Origin: Oopsacas minuta
Taxonomy: Eukaryota > Animalia > Porifera
Assembly (NCBI GenBank): GCA_024704765.1
Contig: JAKMXF010000340.1
Span: forward strand, 62,001 to 126,000
Reading direction: 5' to 3'
DNA length: 64,000 bases
Numbering within the stretch: position 1 is the first letter of the stretch; every line of letters begins with the position of its first letter. A program made the translations under genes and the position numbers. The notes beneath the pieces are model-generated. The model had not been told where the DNA came from. It ran no database searches and worked only from the letters and a program-made list of their open reading frames with translations. Positions 57,699 to 64,000 of the stretch are shown piece after piece.

Positions 57699-60600
57699 TA
57701 CCAAATTTCAATATTAATTAAATACTTCTGGATTTGCTGATTTGTACATATACATATAACCGTGAGATTGTATATATTTTGATAAATTTGCTATTTGTCT
57801 ATTTTACACTGCTTTTCATTGATTTATTAAGCTTTCATGTTTTTCATTATCTATTTATTCAGATTATACTATTCCTGTTTTGTCCAATAAATATCCCTTT
57901 TTATACATTCAGGCCGTTGGAATTTGGGTTTCTAAAATAATGGTAGTTCTATAAGCCATGAAGCTGCTGAGCCGGAAAATTTTACATTACCACGCCAACA
58001 AGGGTCACTCCAGGTTGCATAGACTTCCGACGGCACTCTTCATACAGGTGATAAATATACAATACCATTTTTATGACCCTACATTCCATCCATAATTTCT
58101 ATCAAATAACATACATTATATAAACATCAGCTGGTCTTTGATTTAAACATCAAATTCTGAATTAAAATTTAATTGCGTTCAATATTCAACATGGAATGTG
58201 ATCGAATACATTTCTACAGCACTCACAAATTTCCTCTTGTTATTCTACGCATGAATTAATGCAATATAACGTAACATTATGAAACAGGTTGCCATACTTA
58301 AGAATATACTTATCACTACTACCACACATGCAATGGTTAATTACGAAGGACACTAATATACCTTTTGAAGTAATATTTTTAATCTACCGCCTACTATTCA
58401 TGCTTGATTTCATGTAACCTGTATAAACCATATGGCCATATATGTATTGTACATCATAACATAGTAGAACTGTTGGCGCATTGATTTACAGCTGCGTATA
58501 TCCAAGTGTACAGTAATATGATTCAATAAGAAGCTTGTAGAATTGCACTTTTATCTATCAGTGAGACAATGTTTTGAATTTATTGATCAAGGAATTGGTA
58601 ATAGTTATAAATTGAATTTGCCTTGCGTGTGGTGTATGATAAGGTTAGGGACATGCTCTAATAACTCAGCGAAATCTCCACAACCTCCTGTCATAGAGGA
58701 TAACATATATAGATCGAATTTGTGTAAGCATTCATAGTAATATATGAATCATCTTACTTACTTTGATGTGAAATGTATTACAATTGATTTTTATTGATGG
58801 AGCAATCAATTTAGATTTCTCGCAATCTCTTTTGCGTTGCTTTAAAAGTGTGCCTTCCCTGGATTAAAATATTGGAAAATTCGGTTCTCATGAAAAACTA
58901 AGAGAACCATCTTTCTATATCGCTAAACTAAATTTGTATAGGAATCTATGTTTAACATTCATCTGCCATATTATATTGATTCCTTATAGAGGATTACCGA
59001 ATTGTTTAAAGATATATGTAATCGTCGTAACGTTCAAGCTCTAGGAGGTTTTGATAATTATGAAAGAATACATGAACTGGTTTGCGCCTATTCTAGTATA
59101 TAGAATGTCAATTCATTGAACACATTTAAAGTATGGCTTACTTTCATTAAAAACGCACTATGGAATCCGCAAAATTATCAACAACTTTTTCCTTGGCTGT
59201 CGCATAAAATCCTCTATACGGTATACTTGTCATAGTTACGAGTTAGGTCCTCAGGAATTTGTGTTTATACGAGTTTGCAATCCATAGCAACAGGTTTCTC
59301 TTCAGGATTTTTGCGTATTTTTATCGCTTCATAAACATACTGTATCAACTAAGCAATCAAATTGAATCACCATTAGCCGTAATTCGTACTTAACTATTTT
59401 AAGAATTAATTTACTAGATAATTTCTTCGCAAGAATTTTCGGTTAATTAATCAATTCACTTCGATTTACTTTGCATTTTATAATTAATTGAGAGTATTAG
59501 TTGTATAATTTGACCCATAGAATGCTAGGTTTGAAGATTGCTACCGCCAGATGTAATTAGAGATATAAATCTGTGCGCCAAATGTATTGACCGCACTAAT
59601 GATAGATAAGCGAATTCCTAGAAACTTAGAGCCATTGTATTATAAATTGCCCAAAATATTCTATTTTCCTTCTTTCTGGGGGTGGTCTACCTTGCCGGCT
59701 TCTTTCTATGAATTTCTATGAAATATTTATGGATCATAAAGATGAAAATATGCATACAATACACTTTAGATTATTACCGTTTACACCCACCTTCGAGGCT
59801 CTAAAGGGTCACATGTCTGCACACCAATATGTTCTGCTTTATACAATTCGAAAATAATATCATAGTACACAAACAATCATTTCATGCTGTGAGCGCCAAA
59901 AATGTCCAATTTCCCGCCCATTTAGGAGGGCATTTTGCCGCGCTAAATTTCTTTGTAAATTGTGCTTGTTATTTATTGACACTTCATAAGAATAGAGTGA
60001 CAATTAATAACATTGTTATTATATAATACAGTCCAAACAGGTTTATTGTAATTATTCTTACTTGTACAGAAATGGTTGGAATTTGTATTGACTGTAATTG
60101 GCTAAATAAATTAAATAGCATAGATGCGAGACGTTTCGTAAAAATCTACTAATCATTTATTTGTTGATCAGAATAAGCGTCAATCCTGTCCTTATTTTAA
60201 CGAATAATCCTTTTAACCAAAAGTTGAAAAATATTTTCTACTTTTATGGTCGAGTTGTTAACTTTATCAATATGATTATCAGAAAGATAATAATTGAGTT
60301 TAGACATAATTATAATTTCGGTTACAATTTTTAAAGTATTCAGGTATTCAGGTATTCAGGGCATAGAGTGCTTTATAGATGCCAAAGAATAACTTTTGAA
60401 GAGGGATTTCTATATTTAATCTTTTCAAATATTATTACCATATTTGCAGCCCGTTCTCAGTTCAACTCTCACGGATACCCACAAAGTTTCACGATCATAC
60501 AAAACCATTTGCAAAGAATATTTTCCTATTATCACACTGAGTCAGCAATTTGAATTCAATAGGGAACCACACCCGGCCAATCAATTTACAAGGTCTTCAA

Positions 60601-60971
60601 ATTGCTGACTCACTGGCTCAGTGCAAATTTTTCATTCGCCTTGAGCACTGCGAACCTCATAAAAGACCACCAAATATACAATAAAACAAATGAAAAAATT
60701 ACTCAGTTACCTTTCTAGAACATCCAAATAATCTCTCTAATCAAAACTTCTGATAAGATATTATTCATTCAATTATCTCATAAATCATCCCATTTTGTAT
60801 TTTTTGAGTATTCTTGAATTTTTGCGAAATATGCACATCTTAAGCCATCTGTACCATATGCATATATCACAGTTTCTATTTAGATCATTATTAGTATATA
60901 TAAGGTATTATTCAATACTACTATTATTATTTTCATTTTGAGTTATTTAGCATTATAAACAATATTTATTG

Positions 60972-63900
60972 ATGTCAACAGAAGTTTCAAGATCAAATGG
61001 ATCAAAACGATCTTTGCAGAGGATATTGTCATTCCCCAAAAATGTTGAGACAAGTACAAAGAGTTAGTTTCATATTTTTGTTCTATTTTTGTAATGTTTA
61101 CGCTAATATTAGTTCATTGACTAAAATCACTTTATACTTCAATTTAGCGATCTGGCCCGCGTATTTTTCGAAACTCATTTTATTGGTCCAAATGACTTTA
61201 CACATAGATGCGAAAAAGCCAAGCATTTTGCCGAAAAATGTTTTGACAATGTACAAAAAGGTGTGAAAATATAATTAATAGCCAAAAATAGCATATCTAA
61301 TATACCCCATATGCGAATCAATTGTGATGTTAAATTTCGAAAATCACTCGAATAAATATGACCAAACACCTTCCTATAGGTGCAACCAATTCACACTTCT
61401 ATAAGGACATAAGTCCCCCACCCAGTCCCACAACAGGAGAACGCAAGCAGTATAACGCCCCAACCCACTCAGAACAACTGGACATCGCTCCAATGGAACA
61501 AATTGATCGTCCAGCATCTGCCAATTCACATCATTATATTAACCATAACTCTCCTGGTAGTCCATTGAAGCGTGTCGGTTCATGTTCTACCGAGGATATA
61601 CTTATTAGTGGATCAGCAGTGGATGTTAATCGTGTGGATAGTTTCGCAATTTCAAGTCTACCTGTACATTCGCACTCTGGTGAGTCTAAGTGAAAATAGC
61701 AAATTTCGGTTACAATCTTGTACAGTCAACTTCCGTTATATCGAAATACCAAGTCTGAAATTGTAAAATATGGACCCGAATCAAAGTATATATTTCGCCG
61801 TTATATCGATTTCCGCTTATATTTAAGTAATTATCGAGCTCGATAGAACGGGATTTCATATGCAAAGCGAATTTTTTCTGGAGCTATTTTACGTGGAAAT
61901 TCTGAAATATTCAGGAATTAGCTTTGGAAATATATGGAGAATAGCATAAGGTTGATAAGTATGCGAAAATTATATTTGAAATTTTAGCCATACAGTATAT
62001 AGAAATATCTATAAAGGTAATGCAAATGCTATTATTGAAATTTCAATGATTAGTTACCCAATGCGAAATTGTCTATAGGAATTCTATAGTGTAAATTCTA
62101 ATAATATATATTCGCTACTCAAAATTTCATATATTGAATTGTTGAACTTTGCAATCTGTTTGCATCCATTAACATGGTCAAACATGCAATTTACAACGCT
62201 CTTTACTCTCATAGAACTCCACCTATCATCTTACAATCAAAAGACATGGAACAATCCGTTCTACGAATTAATCAACACAGAAGAACGGTACGTACAGGAC
62301 CTTAAAGAAATCGTAACCGGCTATCTAACCGTGCTGGAAAATGCAGTAAATTCCGATCCAAATTTTAACCTCAACTTAAACGTGCTTTTCTCAAACATAC
62401 GAACTCTTTATGATTTCCATATCGAATTCTTAGACGATATAAGACAGGTTGAAATGCTACGAAATGTTGCGGAATGCTTTCTACAACGAAAACAACAATT
62501 TATCAACGAATACACTATATACTGTAATAACTATCCGAATGCATGCGAAATATTGAAAGATATAAATTTCAATCATGATTTGAAAATTATCTCAAATTTC
62601 AAGATTTGCCAACAGAGTTTGGGTCATATGCTTCCCTTGTCCGCATACTTATTAAAACCTGTACAACGCGTGCTAAAGTATCCCCTCCTTTTAAAAGCAA
62701 TGTTGAAAGACGCATTCACGGTTAATTACAGTCATTTCGCGGTTAACGGCTATCAAGAGATGAAAACCGCACTTGATTGCATGTCAGAAGTCTCAGAAGA
62801 GATTAACCTTATGAAACGTAAACACGAACTTACGCTACGTGTCAATGAAATTCAAAGCATGCTCGTCGGATGGAATGGGCAAGATTTGAATTCTTTTGGC
62901 CAACTTTTACTCGAAGATCAGCTCAAAATTAAGGGTTACCGCAAAGAACGAAATGTTTTCCTCTTTGAAAAGTTGTTTTTAGTCACGAAAATGGAAGATG
63001 AGCAATACACACAACCAATGTATATTCCAGTCAATAATTTGATGTTGCTTGAGGCACCGAAAGAAGGAAACAGTTATCTAAGAGTATATGAACAAAAAAA
63101 CGCGTCAAATTATTTCTTAATTGAATTCAGTAATGCAAATGTTCGTAAAGAATGGGCGAACACTATCAAAGATCTAATCGTTTCGTCAAGTTCTGGTTTG
63201 CCAGAAAATCATAGAAAACGAATACTCGAAGCTTGCCAATCAATAAACCAAGATGTGCTTTGTCAAACAGAACATATTCCACATAACAACAAATTCCGAG
63301 ATTTAGCGAGTATCAAGAAACGATTTCGATACCGTGCCAAACCCAAACGTCAACAACAATCAACACCAATCGCTGATAATGCGCCACGTATGCGACATAG
63401 CGCAACTTTCTCACCAAATTCAATATCCCCGCGAAATACGCACCGTCACAAACGATTATCAGACGCAACTAACTATGACACACAGTATTTAGAAAATGAA
63501 ATACGAATCAGTGATAATAGTTTGGAAGTTTCGAATATCTCAATCGCGGCATCGGACACTTCTTTAATCACAATTCCTTGTGACGAATCCTTCCCAGTGT
63601 TAAGCGATTCCCTTGAAAGCGGCGAAAATTCACGAATTATAGATGAACCCGCCTCAATGGAAAATTCCACATCGAATTGTAGCTTAACAGGTGAACAGAA
63701 TGGTTTATTTAATAAGTCTCCTTCACGTAAAGGTGCTATACGCCGAAAATCAAATACTTATCTCAATAAAAAGCTCAGTGCTACCTTCTCGGCGACTTCA
63801 ACTGAAGATGAATTCGGTATTTGTCAAGGTGAAGCGAAATTACGGCGTCGGCACACTGACAAGGAAATACACCCTGATATACTAGATGCCTTAAATCAGC

Positions 63901-64000
63901 TTGACGAATTCAAACCGTTACAAAGCGAAATGAATGATACACACCCTGCGAAAAGCGAGGAAAGTGACTCCTCAGATGGTTCTAAGATTGGCTTTAATAG
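60972..64000 (+). CDS. PLEKHG1: PLEKHG1/2/3-type DH-PH RhoGEF, 3' end beyond the window
   Basis: Exons: 60972-61062 (inferred first), 61380-61679, and 62215 to beyond 64000 (open to the window end, so absent from the ORF track). ELINTEERYVQDL, LFSNI, YTIYCNNYP, LGHMLPLSAYLLKPVQRVLKYPLLL, MKRKHE, GWNGQDLNSFGQLLLE. Confidence 0.88.
61721..61857. mobile_element. MITE family A copy in PLEKHG intron 2
   Basis: TACAGTCAACTTCCGTTATATCGAAATACC...TGAAATTGTAAAATATGGACCC...CGATAGAACGGGAT. Confidence 0.75.

Noticed and set aside
1-64000. CRISPR arrays, prokaryotic operons, tRNA or rRNA genes, autonomous transposase genes
   Set aside because: Repeats are dispersed MITEs or microsatellites rather than regularly spaced repeat-spacer units. 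I saw no cloverleaf, rRNA motifs or intact transposase or reverse-transcriptase ORF, though tRNAscan and Infernal were not run.

Overview
AT-rich, gene-dense eukaryotic (animal) DNA with GT-AG spliceosomal introns. I saw no prokaryotic features, rRNA, tRNA or CRISPR array. The compact layout, many intronless conserved genes and divergent metazoan orthologues suggest an early-branching animal such as a sponge; this is inference only. All gene identifications come from motif recognition by eye, with no database search. Gene order: four intronless LRR-EGF-TM receptor paralogues (0.2-9.9 kb), BRAP, COX6A with a long C-terminal extension, an atypical pfkB kinase, an ataxin-2-like gene apparently lacking its Lsm domain, and a 9-exon TRPA-like channel whose introns hold two same-strand ORFs (a 95-aa type I membrane protein and an LRAT/PLAAT-family enzyme). 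These are followed by intronless NEK1 and CATSPER3, RAPGEF1 (C3G), HAUS4, RAVER, a DNER/DLK-like EGF-TM protein, MFSD1, a SWAP70-like protein with an adaptor-like tail, and a PLEKHG1/2/3-type RhoGEF running off the end. Introns are packed with several MITE families. The best candidates for new biology are the TRP channel with its nested lipid enzyme and micro-TM protein, and the TIR-less LRR-EGF receptor cluster.
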